64,000 nucleotides of DNA. Source: Candidatus Kerfeldbacteria bacterium (GTDB lineage Bacteria; Patescibacteriota; Patescibacteriia; UBA9570; XYC2-FULL-38-9). Below are positions 10,568 to 20,357 of the stretch, piece after piece. The DNA lies in contig JBDRKW010000020.1 of NCBI GenBank assembly GCA_043813585.1, positions 129,185-193,184 on the forward strand. Reading direction: 5' to 3'. The position numbers and the translations under genes are program-made. How positions within the stretch are numbered: position 1 is the first letter of the stretch; each line of letters begins with the position of its first letter. The notes below the pieces were generated by a model. The model was not told where the DNA came from and did not search any database. It saw only the letters and a list, made by a program, of their open reading frames with translations.

Positions 10568-11607
10568 TATCCGCGCTTGATGCGCCGTGCAGTTTCAATC
10601 ACTTTTGTCATTGTATATTTCCACGAAAGGGGATAGTCCTGGCAGTGGAGCAGGTCAAGCTGGCTTCCGCCAAATCCCATTTTGAATTTAGAAAGTCCTA
10701 TCCACGGATGCTTCCGCTTGAGGAAAGTGGATACCTGTTTTGATTCGGGAACGATGCCCCAAAAATTATACTGCGTACACCCTCGCTCTTTCGCTTCCTT
10801 GATTGCTTCCCATTGAATCAGGTATGAGGCGGGAATGCGGTTATATTCGGATAACGAAGCTCCATGATGATAGGAAGCCATATCGCCGTAATACATCATT
10901 ATGGCCGCAGAAATGGGCTTATTTTCGTATTCACCGATAAATACCTCCACTTGACCGTCTGTGGCAAATGCACGCACCTGAGCGCGAAAATAGTCGTCTG
11001 TGTAGGGCACAAATCCATGGCGCTGAACTGTTTCCTGGTGAATATCGATAAATGCCTGGACAGATTCGTCACTGGTACTTTTCTTTATCACCACACCGTC
11101 CTTGCTTGCGCGACGAACAAGATTGCGCATGGTTTTTCGCATGCCTTTCATCAGTTCATCTTCGGTGCCCGATATGTCCATCCACCAGATATTTTCCGCA
11201 AGCATGTGAATGGGCGCGTCTTTCCACCCAATGGAATGATAGAGTTCCTTGTTCTCGGGTGAGTTCATGATAAACGGCGATGAGCGTAGAAAATCTGCGT
11301 TCAGTTTCTTACCAAAATCTTTCACGTACGTCGTGAATTCGTTCAGATGCTTCCATTCGTCGCGCCTAAACACAGGGCCATAGGGCATAAACAGATAGGT
11401 GCCCCGCTTAGCTTTCACGAGCGTTGCGAATGCAACTCCGATGAGATCGTCACCCTTAAGGATCTCAAAAAGATATGGGTCCTCACCAACTTTCTCGTGA
11501 AGCTGCTTCATGTTCCATGACTGCAGAAAAGGCGGCCGAGAGACGCTCATTAGGAACTGTTCCCAGCGTTCCTTCGATTCTGATTCTCGAATGATAATGT
11601 CGGACAT
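10564..11607 (-). CDS. FemABX-family tRNA-dependent peptidyl/aminoacyl transferase
   Basis: FLQSW, PYGPV, RNLVRRA.KDGV, YHHGAS, IQWEAIKEAK.RG..YNFWG, FKMGFGG. Confidence 0.88.
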   Translation of the reverse strand: MSDIIIRESESKERWEQFLMSVSRPPFLQSWNMKQLHEKVGEDPYLFEILKGDDLIGVAFATLVKAKRGTYLFMPYGPVFRRDEWKHLNEFTTYVKDFGKKLNADFLRSSPFIMNSPENKELYHSIGWKDAPIHMLAENIWWMDISGTEDELMKGMRKTMRNLVRRASKDGVVIKKSTSDESVQAFIDIHQETVQRHGFVPYTDDYFRAQVRAFATDGQVEVFIGEYENKPISAAIMMYYGDMASYHHGASLSEYNRIPASYLIQWEAIKEAKERGCTQYNFWGIVPESKQVSTFLKRKHPWIGLSKFKMGFGGSQLDLLHCQDYPLSWKYTMTKVIETARRIKRGY

Positions 11608-11609
11608 AC

Positions 11610-12872
11610 CTATTGGTAGAATTCTTTAATAGTTTCAATCACATCGTGAGCGTCCTGCTCAGTCGTCTGTATATTTGTCGGCAGATTTACGACCGTTCTT
11701 GCCGCTGCTTCAGCCACGGAGCAGCTGCCTTTCGCATAATGAACAGCCTCCATGTTCGATCCCGGCGGTGCAATAACCGGGTCATACCAGTCACCCAGCA
11801 ATATGCCGCGTTGCTTCGCAAAGGCAACAAGTTCATTGCGCCGTTTTACTTGGATTGTATAGCGCAGCAATGCTGATTTGGCATTCGGCTGAAATACTGG
11901 CAACTGAATGCCTGGGGCGTCATTAAGTTTGCTCGCATAGAGGTCAGCCAGCCGCTGCCTATGTTCCTGCATTTCCTCAAGGACACTCATCTGTGCCACT
12001 GCCGCAGCTGCCATTGCATTTGGCAGGCGGTAGCCCTTTTGCTGCTTCGCTTCCTTTTTTTCTGCTGCAAATAAAACAAGCGGGAATAAACGAATTTTTT
12101 TTGAAACAGCAATAATAATCTTCCCAAGCGAACCGACGTAATAAAAGCGGATTCCCAGAGCAAAGAGCAGGGGATGCAGCAGCCGCTGTTTAATCCAAAT
12201 ATGCGACGGAAACCGCAAACCGAGCCAGTAGTTATTCAGATGCTGCGCGATCTCAGCATCATTTGTAATTGCCATCCCGCCGGACACCGCTGAAATCACC
12301 TTATCGCGTCCGAATGAAAACATCGCGGCCTGGCCAAATGTACCGACGAGCATGCCGTTAACAGTCGCTCCAAGAGAATGTGCGCAATCCTCAATAAGAG
12401 TAACGCCGTGTGAAGTGCAAATCTCCTGAATGCGCTCTATCTGCGCCGGCTGTCCAAACGTATGCTGCACGATGACAGCGCGTATCTTCTTCGACTGGTC
12501 AAGCTTCTTTTCCAAATCAACCGGATCAAGGTTGTAGGTATTGTCAATATCCACATACACCGGCTTGCCATTGGCAGCAATGATGGCATTCGGCACTACA
12601 ACACAGGTAAATGACTGCATTGCCACCTCATCACCTTCCTGTAGATCAAGCGCATCGAGTAATGCATACAATGCTATCCGGCCCGAGCTGAATGATCGCG
12701 CAAAAGAGACTGAAAATTTGCGCTTGAACAAATCATCAAGTTCAGATAGCGCTCGGCCTTTGCGCCACATAAACCAGCGATACGGGTTGATAAGCCAATA
12801 CAATGCGCGTTTCACGTCCTGAGGGCGCGCGTTAGGTGATAAATGAGGCGATATTGGTCGTTTTGCTGGCAT
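11610..12872 (-). CDS. DegT/DnrJ/EryC1/StrS-family PLP-dependent (sugar) aminotransferase
   Basis: SSGRIAL, FTCVVVP, IVQHTFG, IEDCAHSLG, FSFGRDK (PLP lysine). Confidence 0.88.
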   Translation of the reverse strand: MPAKRPISPHLSPNARPQDVKRALYWLINPYRWFMWRKGRALSELDDLFKRKFSVSFARSFSSGRIALYALLDALDLQEGDEVAMQSFTCVVVPNAIIAANGKPVYVDIDNTYNLDPVDLEKKLDQSKKIRAVIVQHTFGQPAQIERIQEICTSHGVTLIEDCAHSLGATVNGMLVGTFGQAAMFSFGRDKVISAVSGGMAITNDAEIAQHLNNYWLGLRFPSHIWIKQRLLHPLLFALGIRFYYVGSLGKIIIAVSKKIRLFPLVLFAAEKKEAKQQKGYRLPNAMAAAAVAQMSVLEEMQEHRQRLADLYASKLNDAPGIQLPVFQPNAKSALLRYTIQVKRRNELVAFAKQRGILLGDWYDPVIAPPGSNMEAVHYAKGSCSVAEAAARTVVNLPTNIQTTEQDAHDVIETIKEFYQ

Positions 12873-12876
12873 GATA

Positions 12877-14508
12877 TTATTTTTCAGTGCCGGTCAGGTA
12901 GGAAAAGATCGCATCCTGGACACGTCCCTCAATAAGCACGACATCATCTGAGGTAAAATTTGATAACACGCTACTGATCAATTTTTTTGGCCTGTCGTTC
13001 ACGATAATGTTGCCTGCCTGCATGCCGCCCTGCTTTGCAGCATCGCGAAGCGGTTTTGCAAAATCCTTCTTCGTGATAATGAGCTGGTCCACGGTCTTGG
13101 CAAGATAGGTACCGACATTTCGATGGTGCTTGTCCGTTTCAACGCCAAGCTCCTGCATTCCCGGGGTGATGACTATTTTTTTCTTGTCCTCGAACTGGGT
13201 AAGATAGTCTACAGCCGCCATAAACCCATCCGGATTCGAATTGTAATGGTCGTCGATCACGTAGAAGTGGTTTCGACCGTTCAATAAGTGCATTGTCCCT
13301 TCTACAGGCTTCAGTTTTTTAATGCCCTCAGCAATATCCTCAATAGACATGCCCAGGTGATCTGCAGCAGTTGCCGCAGCCAGAATAGAGGAGATAACCT
13401 GCTCGCCATGGAGTGATGTTCGCACAACAGCAGAACGCTTTCCTATGTGAAGCATAAATTGAACTGCGTGGGGCTCAACTTCAATATCTGTCGCATAGGT
13501 ATGCGCCACATCCTGAGTAGAAAACAATTTTAGTTTCGCCTCTGTTTGTTTTGATGCCTCAACGCATGAAGAAATATCTTTATTTACAACTGCAAGGCCT
13601 GTTTTCGGCAGCGACGCAAGTAGCTCCGCTTTTGTATTGCGGATGGCCTCCAGGCTGCCGAACAACGCAAGATGCTGCTCATTGATTGCCGTTAAAATTC
13701 CGATAATCGGTGACGTCAGGTCGCAAATTGCATCAATTTCACCCGGGCGATACGCCCCCATCTCGACAATAAATACTTCATGTTCATCCGTCAGCGAACT
13801 AAGTATGGTCTGCGCCACGCCAATATCAACATTGACATTCTTGGGCGTTGAAATGGTTTTAAACCGTTGATCAAGGATGGTTTGCAGAAATTGCTTGGTT
13901 GATGTTTTTCCGTAACTACCTGTAATACCGATGACTGTCGGGCTCAGCGATGCGAGCTTTTCCTTTGCACTTCGAATAATGCGCTGTTTCTGAACGGAGG
14001 CCAGCGGCTGGAAAAGCAGGACAATAAACGTTGCCGTCAAAGGAATGAGCAAAACCGCAATAATCATCGATAAAAAAGATCCGGTGTAAATACCAATGAC
14101 ATACGCGATTATAATGGAAATAAGCGGTGAGAGAATCGACAGCAACATAGCCTTCGACGTCCATGTAGGAAATACCCGCCAGCGAAGGTAGCGCACCAGC
14201 TCCAGCAGTAAAAACGCAAAAAATAAATAAACAAGCGTGTTGAACAGCAACGAGTTTGCGATATCGATGTACACACTATCCCAGTAGGCAACCAGCCAAA
14301 TGATTAAAAATGCAATTTCAATAAACGTCCAGACATTGAGAGTCGCACGTTTTCCGGAACGGGTTGTCAAAAAATCAACCATGCGATCGGTGCGATACTC
14401 CTTGAGTTGCCAGATATAAATCCAATAAACATTTTTCAGGCCAATGAGCAGCAGGAAGATCAGGATTTGAATCGTTAAAATGAATATTGTCAGAAATTCA
14501 CCATCCAT
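12877..14508 (-). CDS. MurF-like Mur ligase with N-terminal multi-pass membrane domain
   Basis: About 165-aa hydrophobic N-terminus, GITGSYGKTSTK P-loop, VEMGAY, EQHL, IDDHYNSNP, PGMQELG. Confidence 0.82.
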   Translation of the reverse strand: MDGEFLTIFILTIQILIFLLLIGLKNVYWIYIWQLKEYRTDRMVDFLTTRSGKRATLNVWTFIEIAFLIIWLVAYWDSVYIDIANSLLFNTLVYLFFAFLLLELVRYLRWRVFPTWTSKAMLLSILSPLISIIIAYVIGIYTGSFLSMIIAVLLIPLTATFIVLLFQPLASVQKQRIIRSAKEKLASLSPTVIGITGSYGKTSTKQFLQTILDQRFKTISTPKNVNVDIGVAQTILSSLTDEHEVFIVEMGAYRPGEIDAICDLTSPIIGILTAINEQHLALFGSLEAIRNTKAELLASLPKTGLAVVNKDISSCVEASKQTEAKLKLFSTQDVAHTYATDIEVEPHAVQFMLHIGKRSAVVRTSLHGEQVISSILAAATAADHLGMSIEDIAEGIKKLKPVEGTMHLLNGRNHFYVIDDHYNSNPDGFMAAVDYLTQFEDKKKIVITPGMQELGVETDKHHRNVGTYLAKTVDQLIITKKDFAKPLRDAAKQGGMQAGNIIVNDRPKKLISSVLSNFTSDDVVLIEGRVQDAIFSYLTGTEK

Positions 14509-14509
14509 A

Positions 14510-15295
14510 TTACTTGTTTAAAAAGGGGATTAATGCTTGAGCAATTTGTGCTGCATGCGTCTTATGAATACCGTGGCGTCCATCATTAAATAGCGTCAAC
14601 TGTGCCTGCTTCATGGCGGATTGCATCTGTTCACCGTCTGAAAAGGGTACATAAGTGTCGTCTTTCCCCCAAAAAATATGGATCGGTGCTGTAATCGATG
14701 ATAGACAACCTTTTAGATCCTCATCCACAACTCGAGAAAACGATTCTTTCATCACACCTTCAGCTGCAAGATAATCCTGCGCGCCAATACTTTTATAACC
14801 AAGGGATCGCACAATTGGCAGTAACGGCTTTAACGGAGCAATGCTTAAAATCTTCTTCAGTGTTTTAGCAACAAATCCTATAGTTTCTTTCGACCTTGTT
14901 TCGTGTTTTATTCCGGCAGGTGCGATGAGAGCTGCACGCTGGAATATGTCCGCTTTGCGTGCCAATAATTTAAGTGCAACACGGCCGCCAAACGAGTGGA
15001 TGACTAATTCTGGCCGTGAAATGTGCATATTCGCTAAATATTTTACGACGCATTCTGCATAATCGTCTACACCCCATGCGGAGGGCGGGGGAGCACTCTC
15101 TCCAAAGCCGGGAAAATCGAGGGCATAAAAGGTACTTTTCGATCCGGCATCTCGCAGCGCTTGGAACAACGGCTGGAATGACAGCGCATCTCCACCCCAG
15201 CCATGCAAAAAAAGGACCGGATTTGAACCGTCTCCGTCCTGTATATATGAAATTGTTCCGCTATCAAGCTTTATGCTTTTTCGAATACCAGTCAT
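14510..15295 (-). CDS. Alpha/beta hydrolase
   Basis: LHGWGG, DFPGFGES, HSFGG nucleophile elbow, WGKDD, GRH; start ATG 15295 lies 6 nt after TATAAT. Confidence 0.88.
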   Translation of the reverse strand: MTGIRKSIKLDSGTISYIQDGDGSNPVLFLHGWGGDALSFQPLFQALRDAGSKSTFYALDFPGFGESAPPPSAWGVDDYAECVVKYLANMHISRPELVIHSFGGRVALKLLARKADIFQRAALIAPAGIKHETRSKETIGFVAKTLKKILSIAPLKPLLPIVRSLGYKSIGAQDYLAAEGVMKESFSRVVDEDLKGCLSSITAPIHIFWGKDDTYVPFSDGEQMQSAMKQAQLTLFNDGRHGIHKTHAAQIAQALIPFLNK

Positions 15296-15398
15296 AACGC
15301 GATTATACATGCATTCAAGCATAAAATCTACCAGAAATCGGATAACATTTCAAGTCTGCTCATTGCGGCAAACGCCTGAATATCATACAATACTGTAG

Positions 15399-16589
15399 AT
15401 GAAAAAAATACTTGGCTCGTACAGGAAAAAGAGCTCCATCCAACGCTTTAAGAATGAAGGGGAGTACCAGACCAGCCGGTATTCAGCCCGTTCTTTCTCT
15501 CCTTCACAGCAGGCAGTGAAAAACAGGCCGAAGCGAGAATGGATGAGCGGAAACACCTGGGCAGGCATTGGGATTGTACTCCTGTTGATTGTCTGTGCCT
15601 GGTATTTTGGCTTTCAATCAAATCGTTTCACTATTGAAGAGGTTCAGGTTGATGGTTTAACCTTCTTAAATGCGGAAGATGTTTCTGCATCTGTCAGTGG
15701 CTATATGAATTCCATGATCCTGTGGGTCTTGCCGCGCAACACCTATTGGACGCTAAATCCAAACAGTGTCATTCGCCATATCGAAACAACATACGAAGCA
15801 ACTGCATCGTTCGATTCTATTGCAGTTTCAAAGGACTTTCCGAATAAGATCGTTATAACGATAAAGGAACGCATTCCAAGTGTTACATGGGTAACGAAAG
15901 ACCAAACAAAGACGGAACACTTCTATGAAATCGACCGGAACGGAATAGTTACAAGGCAGGTGGCGAGTTTTGCAGATACGAATACATCATATCCGAGGAT
16001 ACGGGATGATAACCGTCCATGGCTGGAGGAGGGGTGGGCAATTATTTCAAAGGAATATATTGATTTCCTTCTTGCAATCCACGAATCATTTTACGACGCT
16101 ACTGGTGTTGCAGTAGACTCCTATGTCCTTTTCAAGATAGAGTGTACCGAACAGGAATATGTGGCAGAAAAAATATTCCAGCAGGAGATTCTGGATTCAG
16201 AAAATGAAGAGTTTAAGAATAGGAAGCGAGAGATCCAAGAGCAGTTCCAGGCCGGTGCGTTAACCATAGATGAATCGCTGGATGCGCTCGAATCAATCAA
16301 GCGTGAAGAATTTGAATCTCAAGATGATCTCCAGGATGAAGCATTTGAAAAAATAGAGTGGGAGACGGTCGATGTGCCTGTTGAGTGCGATTTGGTGAAA
16401 GTAGCGCGAGAATTGCGCGTTGTGGCCCATGCATCAGAACATAAGACATTTGAGGTCTATATGGATATGTCGGTTGAACCTGCGATCATTTTAGAGAACG
16501 CAAACGTCGTCATGCATAATCAAGTAGACGACTTGAACCATATACAGTATATAGATCTGCGCGTACCTGATAGGGCGTACATAAAATAA
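15399..16589 (+). CDS. FtsQ/DivIB-like protein (TM + POTRA + C-terminal YIDLR motif) with acidic insertion
   Basis: TM, FTIEEVQVDG, VSKDFPNKIVITIKER, C-terminal IQYIDLRVPDRAYIK. Confidence 0.72.
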   Translation: MKKILGSYRKKSSIQRFKNEGEYQTSRYSARSFSPSQQAVKNRPKREWMSGNTWAGIGIVLLLIVCAWYFGFQSNRFTIEEVQVDGLTFLNAEDVSASVSGYMNSMILWVLPRNTYWTLNPNSVIRHIETTYEATASFDSIAVSKDFPNKIVITIKERIPSVTWVTKDQTKTEHFYEIDRNGIVTRQVASFADTNTSYPRIRDDNRPWLEEGWAIISKEYIDFLLAIHESFYDATGVAVDSYVLFKIECTEQEYVAEKIFQQEILDSENEEFKNRKREIQEQFQAGALTIDESLDALESIKREEFESQDDLQDEAFEKIEWETVDVPVECDLVKVARELRVVAHASEHKTFEVYMDMSVEPAIILENANVVMHNQVDDLNHIQYIDLRVPDRAYIK

Positions 16590-16714
16590 TCTGGTTTATA
16601 TCAAAATAACGGCATTTCGCCGCTATCTTTGTTTGTCTATTCTATAGTGTCGTAAAACATATCTTGTGCGACACTTGATATTCTTCCTTAAGACCACTTC
16701 CCTAGCGAATGAAG

Positions 16715-18040
16715 CTATTGAAGATAATTCATTGGGTTGGTAGGAATACCGTTCACACGTATTTCAAAATGAAGATGAGGACCAGTTGAGTACGATCCTG
16801 CACCGGGAGTACCGGGCATTCCGCCGCTACATCCGATCATTTGTCCCCTACTGACGTATTGGTCTGGCTGTACAGTGACGCAACTAACGTGCCCGTAGAC
16901 GCTTGCAAGGCCGTTTCCATGCACAAGCATGATATAAGCATACCGTGAAGTGCCGTCAAAACTTGCAATGCCGACATACCCTGATGCAGCCGCATACACG
17001 TTTGAACCCATTGGCGTTGCGACGTCCATGCCTGAGTGTTCAAACCACCGCCTAAACGGATAATCCTGGCAGTGAAAACCGCAAGTGATTGTCCGCGAAT
17101 CAACCGGCCATGCAAACCGAACAACGCCGTCAAGCAAATCTTGCTCTTCATCAGTAATGCTGTCATTTGAATCATCCCCGTCATTCAGCCTATCCTGAAC
17201 TTCTGTGCGTATATTGATGATCTTCTCCTGTACGCTGCTCTCTAATGCGGAAATCTGGCCTTCAATACTTGATTGTTCATCCTTAACAGTATCGAGCAGT
17301 AATTGAAATTTGTCTTCAGACAGCTTCGTCTCTGCCAGCAGCTGCGCCTTGAATGTTTCCTCCCCTTCCAGGTTGTCTTCATTTAATTCAAGGTTGGTCT
17401 TTTTCAGCGCTATCTCTGCTTTTTTCTCTCCCAATTCAGAGCGCCGGGTCTTTAATTCGGTTCGAACATTCTGAAGCGTATCCAGCGTATCCTGCATGCT
17501 GCTCTGCACGGAGTTCGTATATTCCATGTCTGAGAAGAACTCCGAAAGCGTGCCGTTGCCAAATGTAATTTCGAGCGTCGTGTGCTGGTCATAGGAATAG
17601 ATGCTGCGCAATAGATCGCTGATCATCTCTTTACTCCGATCAATATCTATCTCTGATTCATCAATCTGCTCCTTAAGAACTTCAATTTCAAGCTGCAATA
17701 CATCCAGTTCTATCTCGGCACGGGCGATGTCGATGCGCGTTTCTTCTATCTTATCGTCTAATAATGACACCTGGCTTTGCAATGTGAGTATTTCGTTTTG
17801 TTTCGCCTTAATATTGCTTTCATATACGGCACGCTTCTCTTCAAGCTCCCGAACTTCCGCTGCACGTCTTTCAATTTCAGAGTTCAACTCGACTATATTG
17901 CTATCTGAATTCATTTCATTGTGGACGATCTCTTCAAATTCATCATCACTAATGCGAGCAAATACGGGAACTGCCAAAACAACTCCGATCACGACCGGGA
18001 TAATGATGCTGTACCTCCAAATGTTCGTTGTTTGACTCAT
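16715..18040 (-). CDS. M23 metallopeptidase with long coiled coil (EnvC/CwlO-like architecture)
   Basis: Signal/TM, long heptad coiled coil, HSGMD and STGPHLHFE zinc motifs intact. Confidence 0.9.
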   Translation of the reverse strand: MSQTTNIWRYSIIIPVVIGVVLAVPVFARISDDEFEEIVHNEMNSDSNIVELNSEIERRAAEVRELEEKRAVYESNIKAKQNEILTLQSQVSLLDDKIEETRIDIARAEIELDVLQLEIEVLKEQIDESEIDIDRSKEMISDLLRSIYSYDQHTTLEITFGNGTLSEFFSDMEYTNSVQSSMQDTLDTLQNVRTELKTRRSELGEKKAEIALKKTNLELNEDNLEGEETFKAQLLAETKLSEDKFQLLLDTVKDEQSSIEGQISALESSVQEKIINIRTEVQDRLNDGDDSNDSITDEEQDLLDGVVRFAWPVDSRTITCGFHCQDYPFRRWFEHSGMDVATPMGSNVYAAASGYVGIASFDGTSRYAYIMLVHGNGLASVYGHVSCVTVQPDQYVSRGQMIGCSGGMPGTPGAGSYSTGPHLHFEIRVNGIPTNPMNYLQ

Positions 18041-19531
18041 CTATTTTAGTTTTTCAATCGCCTGCTCGATTCTATTGAGTGATTCTTCCTTTCCTAATAT
18101 CTCGGCCAGTTCAAATGGCGGCGGTGATTTCTCCATTCCGGATAACGCTAGCCGCGTTGGCCAAAGAACATCGCCGTTCTTAAGTCCGTTATCGGAAATC
18201 CATTCCAGAATACTCTTTTCCAGACTTACAGCAACATATTCACTGCTATCAACCTTCTCCAATAACTGATAGATCCCTTTCAGTGCTTCTATTGTACCAT
18301 TTTTGTCTGATTTTTTCCATATCAGCTTGTCCCCTTCGTAGTCGGGCATATGGAGAATCTCATACGAATTAGCCACGTCTAAGAGCGTTTTTGAACGTTC
18401 TTTGAGGTAATGGATAACGGACTCCTGCTTATTATCATCAAAATCTCCAAACCACTGAAGAAAAGCTTCATACGTTCCTCTATAGTCGGATTCCATCTCA
18501 CTCAATGATTTTATGCGTCGTAAAATATCATAGCGATCCAATTTTTGCAGGTACTGCTGGTTCATCCAATCTAATTTGTCTGTGTCAAAAACAGGATTCG
18601 GTGCATTAATTTGAGCAATGTCAAACCGCTGTTCCAACTGTTCAAGCGTAAACAACTCTTCAGTCGTCTTAGGATTCCATCCAAGTAATGCTATAAAATT
18701 TACTATTGCCTCGGGAAGATACCCTTTGTCGCGGAATGACAGTAATGACATCTCTCCCTGCCTCTTGCTCATCTTCCCCCCTTTACTGGAAAGAAATAAT
18801 GACAAATGCACCCATTCTGGTACATCCCATCCAAATGCCTGATACAGTAAAATGTGTTTTGGTGTGGACGGCAGCCACTCCTCTCCCCTGATAATATGCG
18901 TCACGCCCATAAGATGGTCGTCTACGACATTTGCCAGATGATACGTCGGAAAGCCGTCGGATTTTAACAATACCTGATCGTCGATATCCTTTGCATTAAA
19001 TGTTACATCTCCGCGGACTCGATCTTTAACAACAATCTCCCCTTCGTCAGGGACAGATAATCGCACCGTGTGTTCATCACCGTTCTTCAGGCGCCTTTTA
19101 ACTTCATCTTCAGCCAGTTTATTGCAACGCTTATCATATTTAGGCGCTTCGTGGCATTCTTGTTGCTTTGTTCGAAGTTCGTCTAATTCTTCCTTGCTGC
19201 AAAAACAATAATACGCTGCCCCTCCTTTGACTAACTGATCAATATGCTCCTTGTATATATCTATGCGTTCACTTTGAATATACGGACCGTAATCGCCGCC
19301 TTTAATCGGTCCTTCGTCCCAATCAATGCCAAGCCAGGTCAGGCCGTCGAGGATGGCATCAAGGCTGCCCTTAACTGTTCTGGCAGCGTCAGTATCTTCA
19401 ATGCGCAAAATAAACGATCCTCCATTTTTGCGCGCCCAAAGATACGCATAGAGTGCCGACCTAATATTGCCGATATGCGGTTCACCGGTTGGCGATGGTG
19501 CAAAGCGTGTTCTGACTGTCTCTGAAATCAT
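18041..19531 (-). CDS. gltX: Glutamate--tRNA ligase
   Basis: RFAPSPTG.PHIGN, LRIEDTD, RGEEW, KMSKR. Confidence 0.97.
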   Translation of the reverse strand: MISETVRTRFAPSPTGEPHIGNIRSALYAYLWARKNGGSFILRIEDTDAARTVKGSLDAILDGLTWLGIDWDEGPIKGGDYGPYIQSERIDIYKEHIDQLVKGGAAYYCFCSKEELDELRTKQQECHEAPKYDKRCNKLAEDEVKRRLKNGDEHTVRLSVPDEGEIVVKDRVRGDVTFNAKDIDDQVLLKSDGFPTYHLANVVDDHLMGVTHIIRGEEWLPSTPKHILLYQAFGWDVPEWVHLSLFLSSKGGKMSKRQGEMSLLSFRDKGYLPEAIVNFIALLGWNPKTTEELFTLEQLEQRFDIAQINAPNPVFDTDKLDWMNQQYLQKLDRYDILRRIKSLSEMESDYRGTYEAFLQWFGDFDDNKQESVIHYLKERSKTLLDVANSYEILHMPDYEGDKLIWKKSDKNGTIEALKGIYQLLEKVDSSEYVAVSLEKSILEWISDNGLKNGDVLWPTRLALSGMEKSPPPFELAEILGKEESLNRIEQAIEKLK

Positions 19532-19548
19532 ATGAAAAGGGTACAGAT

Positions 19549-20295
19549 TTATTCCTTTCTACGCAAGCCTCGAAAAAGCAGAAGTGAAATCGGAAACACA
19601 ACAACGGCATTAACAATTCGGATTATCCGGTTGGGCTGCTGCAGCAGGCGCCATAACCATTCGAGATGAACGGCTTGAATCCATCGTGGCGCGCGCGTTG
19701 CCGTTCCCGACCAGAAATCAAACGTCCCTCCAACTCCAATCCCCACAGCCGAAGGGCCCGCCGAATCCAAATGCTTACCTAGCCAGAGTTCCTGCTCGGG
19801 AAAACCAAGCCCAACCAACAGCAGATCTGCCGATATTCCCGTCGGCGGATCGTTAAGCCATTGATCCTTCATTATGGAATGCGCAGAAACAACCGCATCG
19901 GGCCATCGGGTTTTCATTGCAGCTATAATATCCTGTTCACCTGAAAGTCCATCCTTTCTGATAACGCAATGAACCGACAATTTTTTTGCATGTGCGATAT
20001 CCATAAGATGCCCTGCCACATCAACACCGCGAACGGTATTTGTTATGCGGCTGAACAGCCGAATTCCAAATCCATCCGCAACAGAGAGGTCTGCCTTTGA
20101 AAGAACCGCCGCAAAGTCCGGATGGTTCCGCGCATGCAACAAAATCTCAGGGTTTGGCGTGATAATGAGCTTCATGCAGTCACTGTCCACAATCCATTTA
20201 TTGATCCTATCCATTGCTCCGGGTAACGAAACATTATCAATGGGGATCCCAAAAATACTAATGCGTTTTTCTGTATTCATAGCTGGAACCATCAT
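19549..20295 (-). CDS. WecB/TagA/CpsF-family glycosyltransferase
   Basis: ITPNPE, ADGFG, GLGFPEQE, GVGGTFDF, RAP..LEWLWRL; start may be 20280. Confidence 0.9.
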   Translation of the reverse strand: MMVPAMNTEKRISIFGIPIDNVSLPGAMDRINKWIVDSDCMKLIITPNPEILLHARNHPDFAAVLSKADLSVADGFGIRLFSRITNTVRGVDVAGHLMDIAHAKKLSVHCVIRKDGLSGEQDIIAAMKTRWPDAVVSAHSIMKDQWLNDPPTGISADLLLVGLGFPEQELWLGKHLDSAGPSAVGIGVGGTFDFWSGTATRAPRWIQAVHLEWLWRLLQQPNRIIRIVNAVVVFPISLLLFRGLRRKE

Positions 20296-20357
20296 ACAGC
20301 CTCTGTTGATTTAATCAAACAAACTTGCTATAGTTCTAACACTTAAGACACGGAAAT

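Noticed and set aside
16653-16669. NrdR-box-like sequence AAAACATATCTTGTG
   Set aside because: Single imperfect copy between two gene 3' ends, not in a nucleotide-metabolism promoter.
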